Assembly: GCA_965203175.1 (NCBI GenBank)
Contig: OZ241867.1
Location: 2,816,001 to 2,880,000 of the forward strand
From: Candidatus Latescibacterota bacterium
GTDB lineage: Bacteria > Latescibacterota > UBA2968 > UBA8231
Direction of reading: 5' to 3'
DNA: 64,000 nt
The translations under genes were made by a program, and so were the position numbers. Positions within the stretch are counted from its first letter, which is position 1. The number at the start of each line of letters is the position of its first letter. Under the pieces are notes generated by a model. That model worked only from the letters and a program-made list of their open reading frames with translations, did not search any database and was not told the DNA's origin. This document shows, in pieces, positions 39,020-49,500 of the stretch.

Positions 39020-41503
39020 ATGGGCACCTACACACCGCTGGACTTGAACTCGCTGTACAATGCCGGGTTGGACATCTTGGGAGGCCAAGGGCCGCTCGGC
39101 GCACAAAGCTTTCGCGGCTTGCCCTTTGCGCTCGGCAGCGATGCTGGGCGCTGTCTGATCGCTTGCAATGGAGAGCGGTCCGGTGTGGAAATACCGGTTG
39201 GTCGTCGGGTGACTTGGATGATTGTGGCGCATCGCCTGTTGGAATCGCGGATTGCCGAGAATGGGCCGCTGGCGACGCTGGTAGCTGAATACGCGCTGCA
39301 CTACGAGGACGGCGAGGTGCTCAAGGTGCCCGTGCGCGACCGCTTTGAAATTTCGACTGTGCCGTCGTCGTATGGTGGCACGCCGTTTGTGGCGGTGCCC
39401 GATACGAGCGATCAGCTCTTGCCGCGCACTGAAGGTCCGTGGGATATGGCCGGGCGTCGTCAGACTGAGGTCGATGGCGGGCGCGCGCAGAACTTCGTGC
39501 TCTGGGCGTGGCCGAATCCGCACCCAGACAAGGAGCTGGAGAAAATCGTCATCGAGGCCGCGGGCCCGGCCTTTGTCATCGGCGGGATCACCCTGAGCGA
39601 TTTGGACGAAGAGCCGATCTGCCGCGAGGGCACGCGCGAGGTCATTATCACTCTGCCGCAAGAGGAGGACGCGCGCGAGTCCGCTGCTCTTGAAGTAGAG
39701 GTTGATCGAGGCGTTGCGACCTATCCCTATCCATTGCCGGAGGCAACGGCCGAGGATTTTATCGATGGGCGCAAAGGCTGGGGTGAAGCCCAAAACGAGG
39801 GTAGCAGCCCTTCATACCTGGAAATTGCCGCCAATCCTTCGGCCACTGTGCAGGTTAAGCGAGACGGAGAAGTTTTGGGCGAGGCTAGCTGGGGGGAGGT
39901 GCGGCAGCAGGGCCGCGTAGAGGCTTCGCCGCGAGTGCAGATAGAAGTGGTGGAGCGCGGGCGCAACTGGGTGCACACTAAGGTCATTGACGACGCCACG
40001 GGAAAACCCGTGCCCTGCCGCGTCCACTTCCGCTCGCCGGAGGGCATTCCCTACGCTCCGCACGGCCACCACGCCCACGTCAACTCCAATATGGGGACTT
40101 GGCACTTCGACGTGGGCGGCGATGTGCGCTTGGGGCAGATCACGTATGCGTATATCGACGGCACCTGCCAAGGCTGGCTGCCGCGCGGCGAGGTGATCGT
40201 GGATGTGGCGCGAGGCTACGAATACGAGCCGCTGCGCACCAAAGTGGAGATCGAGCCCGGTCAGCGCACCTTGGAACTGCGATTGAAGCGCTGGCGGCAG
40301 ATGAATGAGGAAGGCTGGTACAGCGGCGACTCGCATGTGCATTTCCTGTCGGCGCAGGGCAGCCTCACCGAGGCGCAGGGCGAGGATTTGAACGTGGTCA
40401 ATTTGCTGCAATCGCAGTGGGGCGGGCTGTTTACCAATACCGAAGAATTTACCGGCGGCGAGATGGCCACGGACAATGGCGATTACATTGTCTATGTGTC
40501 CCAAGAAAACAGGCAGCACTTTTTGGGGCATTTGATCCTCATGGGACTAAAGGAACCGGTGATGCCGTGGTGTTCGGACGGTCCGGGCGAAGCCGAGTTG
40601 GGCGGGACGCTCGAAGTGCCCATGGCCGAGTGGGCCGACCGCTGCCGAGCGCAGGGCGGCAGTGTGGTGATCCCGCATTTGCCCAGCCCCAACGGCGAGC
40701 CAGCCGCCCTGATTGCCACCGGGCGAGCCGACGCCGTGGAGATGCTCCGACACGGCACGTACATGCACGGCGAGTACTACCGCTACCTCAATTGCGGCTA
40801 CAAGCTGCCGCTGGTTGGCGGTACGGATAAAATGAGTAGCGACGTGCCGGTGGGTATCTATCGCACCTACGTGCAGATCCCCAAGGACGAGCCATTCACC
40901 TACGACAACTGGTGCAAGTACATGGCTGCGGGCCGCACCTTCCACAGCGGCGGCCCGCTGATCCGCTTCAGCGTCGATGGCCACGAAGTGGGGGACACGG
41001 TGCAGTTACCGGGTAATGGCGGCACGGTGGAGGTGCTCGCCGAGGCCGAGTCGGTGGTGCCAATCCACACGTTGGAAGTGGTGCAGGAGGGGCGGGTGGT
41101 AGCCTCTGCGGAAGAGACTAAGGGAACGCGCAAGTTGAGCCTGAAGGCCGAGGTAAAAGTGGAAGGCCACTCGTGGCTAGCGGCGCGGTGCAGCGGGCCG
41201 GGCTACGAGCAGAGCGTGCCGCACTTTGATGGCTGGGGGCGGGGGATCATGGCGCACACCTCGCCGGTGTATCTGGCCTGCGGCGGCGAGTGGTGGATGT
41301 TCAACCAAGAGACGGCGCAGTACATGCTGACCTTAGTGGATGGCTCACTGCACTACATCCGCCACAACAGCCGTCTGCATTTGCGCGACGACATTACGCA
41401 CCACCACGGCGAGGAGGATCACCTCGCCTATCTGGAGCGGCCCTTCCTCCAAGCGCGGGAGGCGATCCATCGCCGGATGCACCAGTTGGGGGTGCCGCAC
41501 TAA
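39020..41503 (+). CDS. CehA/McbA-family PHP-like metallohydrolase, paralog 1
   Basis: AAGGAGGAG RBS; GDSHVHF, QENRQHFLGH, PHLP, YRYLNCG, GGTDKMS, AHTSPVY. Confidence 0.85.
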   Translation: MGTYTPLDLNSLYNAGLDILGGQGPLGAQSFRGLPFALGSDAGRCLIACNGERSGVEIPVGRRVTWMIVAHRLLESRIAENGPLATLVAEYALHYEDGEVLKVPVRDRFEISTVPSSYGGTPFVAVPDTSDQLLPRTEGPWDMAGRRQTEVDGGRAQNFVLWAWPNPHPDKELEKIVIEAAGPAFVIGGITLSDLDEEPICREGTREVIITLPQEEDARESAALEVEVDRGVATYPYPLPEATAEDFIDGRKGWGEAQNEGSSPSYLEIAANPSATVQVKRDGEVLGEASWGEVRQQGRVEASPRVQIEVVERGRNWVHTKVIDDATGKPVPCRVHFRSPEGIPYAPHGHHAHVNSNMGTWHFDVGGDVRLGQITYAYIDGTCQGWLPRGEVIVDVARGYEYEPLRTKVEIEPGQRTLELRLKRWRQMNEEGWYSGDSHVHFLSAQGSLTEAQGEDLNVVNLLQSQWGGLFTNTEEFTGGEMATDNGDYIVYVSQENRQHFLGHLILMGLKEPVMPWCSDGPGEAELGGTLEVPMAEWADRCRAQGGSVVIPHLPSPNGEPAALIATGRADAVEMLRHGTYMHGEYYRYLNCGYKLPLVGGTDKMSSDVPVGIYRTYVQIPKDEPFTYDNWCKYMAAGRTFHSGGPLIRFSVDGHEVGDTVQLPGNGGTVEVLAEAESVVPIHTLEVVQEGRVVASAEETKGTRKLSLKAEVKVEGHSWLAARCSGPGYEQSVPHFDGWGRGIMAHTSPVYLACGGEWWMFNQETAQYMLTLVDGSLHYIRHNSRLHLRDDITHHHGEEDHLAYLERPFLQAREAIHRRMHQLGVPH

Positions 41504-41571
41504 AGTCGCCTTGATTGGGAATTTTGGTAAGGATATATTGAGCGGCCATTCACTGTAGAAAGGAAGCTGCG

Positions 41572-44061
41572 ATGAGCGATTCGTTTGTACCGTTGGATTT
41601 GAGCGCAACTTACAACGCTGGCACTGGCAATGTTGAGTCTGAAGACGGCAAACTCTGGCCGGCACCCGACGACGCGCCCGACAATACGCCGCTCGTGGGG
41701 CTGCCCTGGGGTGAGCATCAGTTTTGGGGCGTGCCCTTTAGCTTGGCAGCCGCTGGGGCTGACCGGGCCGTGGTACTGGTAGCGCAAGAGGCTGGAGACG
41801 AGTTGAGTGCGTCGGTGGAGATCCCGGTAAACGACAAGGCGCGGCGCATCCTCTACGCCCACACTTGTGCGCCGGTGTCGGGAGAATGGGCCACGGTCGA
41901 AGGCACGGGCGAGGAGATTGGGACCTATCGCGTCCTCTATGCCGATGGTAGCTCGGTCGAGCAGCCATTGCGCCGTCGCTTTGAAATCCACGACGTGCAG
42001 ATACCTTGGGGGCATCATCCCTTTCTCTGCCGCAATTGTCGCCACTACTACTCGATACCGCTGAACAGCCGCGAGCACAGCTATGGCATGGCGCAGACTG
42101 GGGCCCTTACGCGCGAAGGCGGAGACCTCCAGGGTTGGTGGCTCTACGACTGGGAAAATCCCGCACCCGACAAGGAGATTGCGGCGATTGAAGTATCGGC
42201 GGCTGGTCCTACGGCGCTAGCTTTGGCCGGTATTACTCTCTGCCACGAGGAGTGCGATCCCTTTGCTTGGCCGGCGCGGCAGGAAGTGGTGCTACGGGTC
42301 GATGCCGAAGGAGCGCCCGAGGTGGCGATGGAGCGCGGCGAAATCGTGCGCCAGGATCAGCTCTGGGTGCCGAGCGCGGATTTTCTCACTTCCGAGGAGG
42401 CGGGCTGGGGCAGGGGTGGACAGGAGACGGTCGATGGTGGCTATCTGGAAATCCATGGATCAACAGAAGGGCAACTCGCCATCACGGCTGGGGACGACGT
42501 CGAAGAGCGCATTTGTTGGGGTGACGTGCTGAAAGAAAAGAAGGTCGCCCAGGGGAAAGTGCGTATTGAGGTCGTCGCACCGTCCGGCAAGCAGTGGGTC
42601 CACGTGCGGGTCGAGGACGCGGATACCGGCCAGCCCGTGGGAACCCGCGTCCACTTCCGCACTGAGAACGGAGCCTATCTGGCGCCGCACGGGCACCAAG
42701 CCGACGTCAATGTGGCGTGGTTCGAGGACATGGGCGGCGACTGTAAGACCGGGGGCGTGCCCTACGCGTACATCGACGGCACCTGCCAGATCGACTTGCC
42801 CATCGGCCCGGTGTACGCCGAGGTCGTGCGCGGTTTTGAATATCAGCCGCTGCGTCAGCAAGTTGAGATCAAGCCTGGACAAAACGCGCTGACCCTCAAG
42901 GTCAAACGCGCCTTTGACATGAAACAGCGCGGGTACTATTCGGGGGATACCCACGTGCATTTTCTATCCTCTCAGTCGTCGCGCCTAGAGGCCGAAGGCG
43001 AAGACCTCAATGTGGTGCATTTGTTGGCCAGCCAGTGGGGTCGGCTGTTTACTTCGTGGGAGGAGTTTACCGGCGGCTTGGCACCGACTAGCAGTGACAA
43101 TCACTTGGTTTGGGTCAGCCAGGAGAACCGGCAGCACGTACTTGGGCACATTAGTTTGCTCGGCCTCAAGGAACTGGTCGCGCCGATGTGTACCGGCGGG
43201 GCCAATGAGGATTGGGTCGGCGGCTCGGTGGATGCGCTGATGGCCGATTGGGCCGAAGAGTGCAAAAAACAGGGCGGGCTGGTCATTATGCCGCACATGC
43301 CGCTGCCCGACTTTGAGAACGCGGCCAACATCGTCTTGGGCCACGCTGACGCCGGCGAGATGTGCTGGATTTGGGAAGGCGAGCAGATCAGTTCGGCTGA
43401 GCTGGGCTACTACCGCTGGCTCAACGTGGGTCAGAAGCTGCCGATTGTCGGAGGCACGGACAAGATGTCCAATAACCGCATTTTGGGCGGCTCGCGCACG
43501 TACGTCAAGCTGCGCGATGACGAGGAGTTTACCTTTGACAATTGGTGCCAAGCCGTGCGCCGCGGTCAGACGTTTGCCAGCACTGGCGCGATGATTGATC
43601 TGAAGGTCGAGGGGCGGGAGATGGGCGAGGAAATCCACCTGCCCGGCAACGGCGGTACGGTCGAGGTGGTGGCGACCGCGGAAAGCGTCTGGCCGCTTAC
43701 TGGGCTGGAGCTGATTTGCAATGGCGAGTCTGTTGCGCGCGAAGCCGCCGCGCCCGGTGCCCAGCAGATCGAACTGAAGTTCAAGCTCAAGGCCAGTCGT
43801 TCCTGCTGGGTCGCGGCCCGCTGCTGGGGGCCACATTATACGGACGCCGGGCCGGTGATGGCCCATTCTTCGCCGGTCTATATCGACGTAGGAAGGCGCT
43901 GCGTGTTTGCGCCGGCGGAGGGCAATTATCTGCTGACGCACATGGAAGGTGGCATTGCTTGGGCCGAGAGAATCGGCGTCTTCCGCGACGAGGCGATCCG
44001 CCAGCGGCTGATTGGCCTGTTTAACGAGGCTCGGGGCGAGTTGCTCCGGCGAATGCAGTAA
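41572..44061 (+). CDS. CehA/McbA-family PHP-like metallohydrolase, paralog 2
   Basis: GDTHVHF, QENRQHVLGH, PHMP, YRWLNVG, GGTDKMS, AHSSPVY; collinear with paralog 1. Confidence 0.85.
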   Translation: MSDSFVPLDLSATYNAGTGNVESEDGKLWPAPDDAPDNTPLVGLPWGEHQFWGVPFSLAAAGADRAVVLVAQEAGDELSASVEIPVNDKARRILYAHTCAPVSGEWATVEGTGEEIGTYRVLYADGSSVEQPLRRRFEIHDVQIPWGHHPFLCRNCRHYYSIPLNSREHSYGMAQTGALTREGGDLQGWWLYDWENPAPDKEIAAIEVSAAGPTALALAGITLCHEECDPFAWPARQEVVLRVDAEGAPEVAMERGEIVRQDQLWVPSADFLTSEEAGWGRGGQETVDGGYLEIHGSTEGQLAITAGDDVEERICWGDVLKEKKVAQGKVRIEVVAPSGKQWVHVRVEDADTGQPVGTRVHFRTENGAYLAPHGHQADVNVAWFEDMGGDCKTGGVPYAYIDGTCQIDLPIGPVYAEVVRGFEYQPLRQQVEIKPGQNALTLKVKRAFDMKQRGYYSGDTHVHFLSSQSSRLEAEGEDLNVVHLLASQWGRLFTSWEEFTGGLAPTSSDNHLVWVSQENRQHVLGHISLLGLKELVAPMCTGGANEDWVGGSVDALMADWAEECKKQGGLVIMPHMPLPDFENAANIVLGHADAGEMCWIWEGEQISSAELGYYRWLNVGQKLPIVGGTDKMSNNRILGGSRTYVKLRDDEEFTFDNWCQAVRRGQTFASTGAMIDLKVEGREMGEEIHLPGNGGTVEVVATAESVWPLTGLELICNGESVAREAAAPGAQQIELKFKLKASRSCWVAARCWGPHYTDAGPVMAHSSPVYIDVGRRCVFAPAEGNYLLTHMEGGIAWAERIGVFRDEAIRQRLIGLFNEARGELLRRMQ

Positions 44062-44108
44062 AAGTGGCCAGTGATTAGATCGCTCTATAAGTACACGACA
44101 GTAGAAGT

Positions 44109-44207
44109 GGTATGGGATGCTTCGCTTACGCTCAGCATGACAAGACCGCCGAGTGACCGCCGCTGTCATGCTGAGCGGAGCGCAGCGGAGTCGAAGCATC
44201 TGATACC
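44109..44207. repeat. Inverted pair of REP-like elements (long hairpin)
   Basis: GGTATGGGATGCTTCG..CGCTCAGCATGACA (44109-44142) and TGTCATGCTGAGCG..CGAAGCATCTGATACC (44164-44207). Confidence 0.88.
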
Positions 44208-44255
44208 TCGATCCCTATGCGTACCCACCACTCACTACTAACCGAAACGAATCCC

Positions 44256-45140
44256 ATGCTCAACCAAGCACAAATCGATGAATTTCACCGCAACGGCTTT
44301 CTCAATGGCGGGCGGGTACTCTCCGACGAGGAGCTCGGCGAATTGAGCGACGCGCTCGACGAAATCTTGGACAAAGGCCCCGATGGCTTTGCCCCCGGTG
44401 AAGCGCAGCCGGTATCCTTCCGCGACCTAGCCGGCGGCGGTGGCGTCAGCGACCATCCCGTATGGCAGATCGTCAATATCTGGGAAGCTGCGCCCGCTTG
44501 GGAGCGGCTCATTTACCAGCCGGCTGTCGTGCGGGGGATCAGTCAACTCACCGGCCATGCCGATCTCCAAGTCTGGCACGACCAGATCCAGTACAAACCC
44601 GCGCGCTACGGCGGCTCAACCCACTGGCACCAAGACGCGCCCCTGTGGCCGATTATCAAGCCAATGACGCCGGTCTCGGCGTGGATCCCCTTGGACGACG
44701 CGACCGAGGAAAACGGCTGCATGTGGATGGTGCCCGGCAGCCACAAGTGGGGCAACCAGATTGCATTTTTGCGCACGCAGGGCGATTTGTCGCTGTTGGA
44801 AAACTTCAAGGATTTACAGGGCTTTATTCCGCCGGCCGACGCTGAGATCCGCGAGGTGGCAGCGCGGCCGTGTCCGGTGATGCGCGGGGAGGTGTCCTTC
44901 CACCATTCCATGACTTGGCACGGCTCGCCCTTCAATCAGTCGCCGCGACCTCGGCGCGCCATTGCCGTCCACTACATGACCGGCGCGGCGCGCTTCGACC
45001 AAAGCGGCGAGCACTTGATGAAGCAGTTCGTCGATTTGCCCGACAATGCGCCCATGGCCGAGGCTGGCCCGCACTTTCCGGTGGTGTGCCGCAATGGGGA
45101 GCCGGTGGGGGTACCGGAGCGGTTGCGGGTGACGAGCTAA
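44256..45140 (+). CDS. PhyH-family dioxygenase (start 44256 or 44217)
   Basis: F..NGF, WHDQIQYKP, WHQD, WIPLDDATEENGCM..VPGSH, TWHGS..N.S..PRR. Confidence 0.92.
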   Translation: MLNQAQIDEFHRNGFLNGGRVLSDEELGELSDALDEILDKGPDGFAPGEAQPVSFRDLAGGGGVSDHPVWQIVNIWEAAPAWERLIYQPAVVRGISQLTGHADLQVWHDQIQYKPARYGGSTHWHQDAPLWPIIKPMTPVSAWIPLDDATEENGCMWMVPGSHKWGNQIAFLRTQGDLSLLENFKDLQGFIPPADAEIREVAARPCPVMRGEVSFHHSMTWHGSPFNQSPRPRRAIAVHYMTGAARFDQSGEHLMKQFVDLPDNAPMAEAGPHFPVVCRNGEPVGVPERLRVTS

Positions 45141-45141
45141 G

Positions 45142-46383
45142 CTACTCGGACTTCTGAGGAGTGGCTGGCGACTGGGCAAAAACGGTTGACCAGTCCATCC
45201 GACCAGTGAGCTGCATGGCGACAAAAAGGGTGGCGATGCACAGGACGGTAATGGCCAAGCCGGTATAGCCGACGAAGAAGAAGGTGTAGGAAAAGAGCAC
45301 CAAGTAGATGAATTGGGCCAAGCCAATCTCCACCAAGGCCAGCCGCAGGCCGACTACCAGACGCATGTAGGAGACGACCAAGAAAACAGACACTGCCGCA
45401 GCCAGAAAAAAGGCGTAGTGGATGAGCAAATGGTCGGCTAGATAGGCCAAAAGCAAGTGAAAGCTGAAAAAGGCCGCGCCGATGAAGAAGTAATTCATCG
45501 GATGGATGTCGATGCCTTTGACCGTGGCAAAGACGAAGAGAACAAAGAAAAAGAGAAAGAGGGATATGGGCGCGGCTTGGGTCACGTCTTGTACCCAAGG
45601 ACCTGGATTGAGGCGGGCAGGCATGACCATGCCGAGGGAAGCCCCAGTGAGCAGGCGGTCGTACTGCCAAGTGAGACGCCAGCCATCGGCGGTGCGCTCC
45701 TTTTGAGTGGGTGCTAGGCTTTCGCGCGGGAAGTCGATGGCGTCGAAATCAGTGTGCATAACCAATTCAAAGTCGGAGACTTGCTCGACGTGGTCGCCGA
45801 AGCGGTACCACCATTCTTCTAAACCCTGCGATTGATAGGAAAGACGGATCTGGCGACTCTGGCCCGGCGCTAAGTGCAACGGCTGTTGCAAGTGCCCTTC
45901 TGCCAGCGGCAGCGGGGCGATGGGTTGGCCGTCGATGGACAGGGTGAAATCATCGTACACAGCTTGGGAAGTAGGCAGGGCTAGATCGAACGTCAGGTCT
46001 AGGGGATAGTCGGTCTCGTTGGTCGCAGTATAGGTGGCGTTCAGTGCCACTTGGTAGGTGGAGTACCACAGCAGGCCCTTGCGGCGGTGTTCGAGGTGTA
46101 GATCGACTTGTAGGCGGCTGGCTTCTAGGGGCAGGAGATGTCGCCGCTCTTTGGAGTGCTCTGTCGCTTGGCCGTCAGGGGTCTGTGTGACGACGGTTTC
46201 CTCAGTGGTCCAGTACAGGAGGGGGGCGCGTTGGGACTGAGAAGTGCCCCACAATTGGCCCACCGCGGCTTTGAGCTTGGTGTCTTGCTGGTGGGTGCGG
46301 TGCGAGACGACCTGTGCCAAGATGATCCAAGCGACACTTGTGCAGGCAAAGATAAAGCCGATAGCGGCAATGCGGTATAGCAT
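45142..46383 (-). CDS. CreD-like inner membrane protein
   Basis: N-terminal TM helix, periplasmic domain with RRKGLLWY, C-terminal TM bundle with IHPMNY..F..FHLLLAYL.DH; GAAGGAGG RBS before ATG 46383. Confidence 0.72.
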   Translation of the reverse strand: MLYRIAAIGFIFACTSVAWIILAQVVSHRTHQQDTKLKAAVGQLWGTSQSQRAPLLYWTTEETVVTQTPDGQATEHSKERRHLLPLEASRLQVDLHLEHRRKGLLWYSTYQVALNATYTATNETDYPLDLTFDLALPTSQAVYDDFTLSIDGQPIAPLPLAEGHLQQPLHLAPGQSRQIRLSYQSQGLEEWWYRFGDHVEQVSDFELVMHTDFDAIDFPRESLAPTQKERTADGWRLTWQYDRLLTGASLGMVMPARLNPGPWVQDVTQAAPISLFLFFFVLFVFATVKGIDIHPMNYFFIGAAFFSFHLLLAYLADHLLIHYAFFLAAAVSVFLVVSYMRLVVGLRLALVEIGLAQFIYLVLFSYTFFFVGYTGLAITVLCIATLFVAMQLTGRMDWSTVFAQSPATPQKSE

Positions 46384-46545
46384 GGAGCCCTCCTTCAACT
46401 GCGTTTGAACGTCTCGCCGATAGCTAAAGTTCCGCGTATAGATAAAGTAATCGCCTCAGGGGCGGTCCTCCAGCCAGTGCTGAAAGAAGCCGCGTCCGTC
46501 GGTTTGCTTGCTAGACGGAATGCTTGGGGCCGATATTGGAACGCT

Positions 46546-49500
46546 ATGACTGCGCTGATTGCCTTTTTGGTCGTTTTTGCTATCGGCCCGGTGGCGGCTT
46601 CTACAGGGCCGCGGGCTGTTGTGGAGCATCTGTCCTCGCTGGGATCGCGGGTGGCGGGCTATCCGGGGAGTGCTCAGGCGGCGGAGTATATAGAAGGGCA
46701 GTTGCAGGCGTTGGGACTGGCGACGCGACGCGACTCCTTTGCGGTGGTGGTGCCGATGGACCGGGGCGGACGGTTGGAATGGGAAGATGAGTCGGTCGCT
46801 TTGTACGCGGTGTGGCCGAATGGGGTGCGGACTTCGACCGTGCCGCCGGAGGGGTTGCGAGTGCCAGCGATTTGGGGTGGTGATGGGAATTGGGGGGATT
46901 TTAATGGGCGGGAGGTGGCTGGGCGGGTGGTGGTGCTGGACTTTGCCAGTGAGGACGCTTGGTTGAAGGCCGCGTCGTTGGGGGCGCGGGCGGTGGTGTT
47001 TGTGGCTGCGGAGTCGGCTACTACGCAGCAGGCGCAGGGCAAGTACGTGCAGGTACCGTTGGATGTGCCGCGCTTTTGGGTGGAGGGGGCCGCTGGGGAG
47101 CGGCTGCGGCGGCGGTTGGTAGATGGAGAGGTGGAGGTGGGGCTGTGGGGGCGGATGGATTGGCAGAAGCGGATGGCGTACAACGTGTGGGCGGTAGTGC
47201 CGGGGAAGGATGCGGGGACCTTGCGGGATAAGACAGTGCTCGTCCATGCGTATTACGACGCGCCGTCGGTGGTGCCCGCGCGAGCACCAGGGGCAGAGGC
47301 GGCGGTGAGCGTAGCGGCGCTGTTGGAGGTGGCCACTCGCTTGCGAGAGAACCCACCGGCGCACACGGTGATACTCGCCGCGCTGAGTGCCCACTTCCAA
47401 GGGCGGCAGGGCATGGTCGCCTTTCTCGACAGGCACGCCCGCCGCCAAGAGCACTACGCGGCCCGGCTCGCCGAGCCGCTGGATATTGCCCTGTTCATTG
47501 GCCTCGATTTGTCCAGCCACGGCGAGCGGGTGGTGCTGTGGAACAACACGGACAGCTACGCGCTCAAGCGGTTTTTCGTGCCCTTTGGCCGTCGCTTTAC
47601 CGAGTACGCGGAGGCACTGGGCCGCGGCGAGGCAGTGGCCAATGGCATCAGCCCAATTCGGGGGATGGATTGGGACAGCTACATGCCCGGGGGGTTGGCC
47701 GCCGATGGGGAGTTGGCGCTCGAGGCGGGATTTCCGTCGCTGACGCTGGCCACGGTGGGCGACGCTCGTTTTGCGCTGGATTTGCCGCTGGGCGAGAAAC
47801 TGGCGTGGGATAATGTGGAAGGACAGGCGGCGTTAGTGGCCGATCTGCTGGCTCATGCGTTGGCCGATACGGCGCTATTGGCTGGGCGGGAGCGGCTCGA
47901 GGCGGTGTTGAAAGATCGGTTGCGGGATTTGCGGGTCAAAGCGCGGACGTTCCCCCGGCGCAGTCAGGTGCCGGACCGGCCGGTGGCCGGGGCGCTGGTG
48001 GCGGTGCAGGTGGAGCAAGAAGAGCGCAAAGGAGTGCGCGACGTGCGCTACTTTCTCACGGATGCCGCTGGGCTGGCGCGGGTACCTGGGCTGGTACAGG
48101 GGACGTATCCGCTGGTGGTAGCGGTGCTGAACGCCGAGCGGGGGACGCTTACTCACGTAGTGAACTTGAGTAAGCGCGCGCAAGCGCACCACGGGAAACC
48201 GCGGGCGGATGGTCGCTTGGCCAAGAATGTGCGCTGGCTGCAAAACGAGCAGATCGCCGTGCTATTTCCCGGAGTGGGTCGTCCCCTGTACGGCTTGGTC
48301 GAGCCGCGCCTTTTGCGCGCGTTGAACCAAGTAAAAGTGTTGTCGGCGGCCGGGAGCGAGCCGGGCCAGTACGGGTACGCGCTGGGTTCAAGCAGCATCG
48401 GCTCGGTGGGGGTGATCTACGGGCCGGTCGATGCCACAGCCGGCGACCGCGTCAAAGTGATTTTGGACGGTCAGTTTTTGCTGCTCAACAGCGAGGGCAG
48501 CCAAAGCGAGGCCGAGGCGCGGGGCCAGGGGTTTCTGCTGATCGAGGAGGGATTTGGGAGCGCGACGCTACAGGCGGCGCGGGACCTGTGGAACTTGGAT
48601 GCGGCGCGGTTGGGGATACTCAAGGAGCACGGCATTGAAAATCAGCGGTTGACGCGCCTGCACGCGCAGACGGCGACGGCCATAGCCGAGGCGGAAGTAG
48701 CGGCTGAGCAGCTAAAGTGGGATGAGCACGTGGCGTGGAGCCGCAAGGCGCTGGGCTTGGAGACGCGGGCCTATCCAGAGGTCTTGGCGACGCTCAACGA
48801 CGTCCTCGAAGGGGTGATCTTCTTTATGGCGCTGTTGTTGCCGGCAGCCTTTTTCGGGGAGCGGCTGTTGTTTGCCGCGGCCGATATTCGCCGGCAGCTC
48901 GCTGGCTTTGGGCTGTTATTGCTGGCGATTTGGCTGATTTTGGCGCAGGTGCATCCAGCCTTTGAGTTGGCCGAGCCGCTGGTGGTGCTGTTGGCGTTTG
49001 CCATCATGGCAATGGCTGCCTTCGTGCTCTTTATGCTGGTAAGCCGGTTCAATCGCGTCATGGCCCAGCACCAGAGCCAACAGATGCGGGTCCACACCCA
49101 AGACCTGAGTCGCTTGAGCGCGAGTTATGCGGCCTTCATGTTGGGGATTTCCAATATGCGGCGGCGCCCCTTGCGCACCGGTCTGACACTGGCGACGCTG
49201 ACGCTTTTGACGTTTACCCTGCTCTCTTTTACCTCGTTTGAACAGCAAATCCGCTACGCGAGTTTCCGGCTGCCTCACGCTGGAGCGTACCCCGGAATCC
49301 TCATCCGCGACCGCGGCTGGGAGCGCCTGACGCCGGAGGCGCTCGATTACGCCGAGTCGCACTTTGGCGGCAGCGGCTGGATGGGGCGGCGCGGTTGGTA
49401 CGCGGCCGAAGGCGGCAAGGGAGGCTGGATCGCGGTGGCGGCAGCAGGGAACGCAGTGCGGGCCACGGGTTTGTTGGGCCTGACGCCGGAGGAGGCGCAG

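Noticed and set aside
42985-44199. 404-aa minus-strand ORF
   Set aside because: Starts inside the REP-like repeat and is antisense to the CehA-like gene.
46405-46545. Upstream ORF-track starts (also 8242, 18039, 25543, 32740, 38915)
   Set aside because: Downstream starts have better RBS, signal peptides or domain boundaries; several extensions run through repeats or neighbouring genes.
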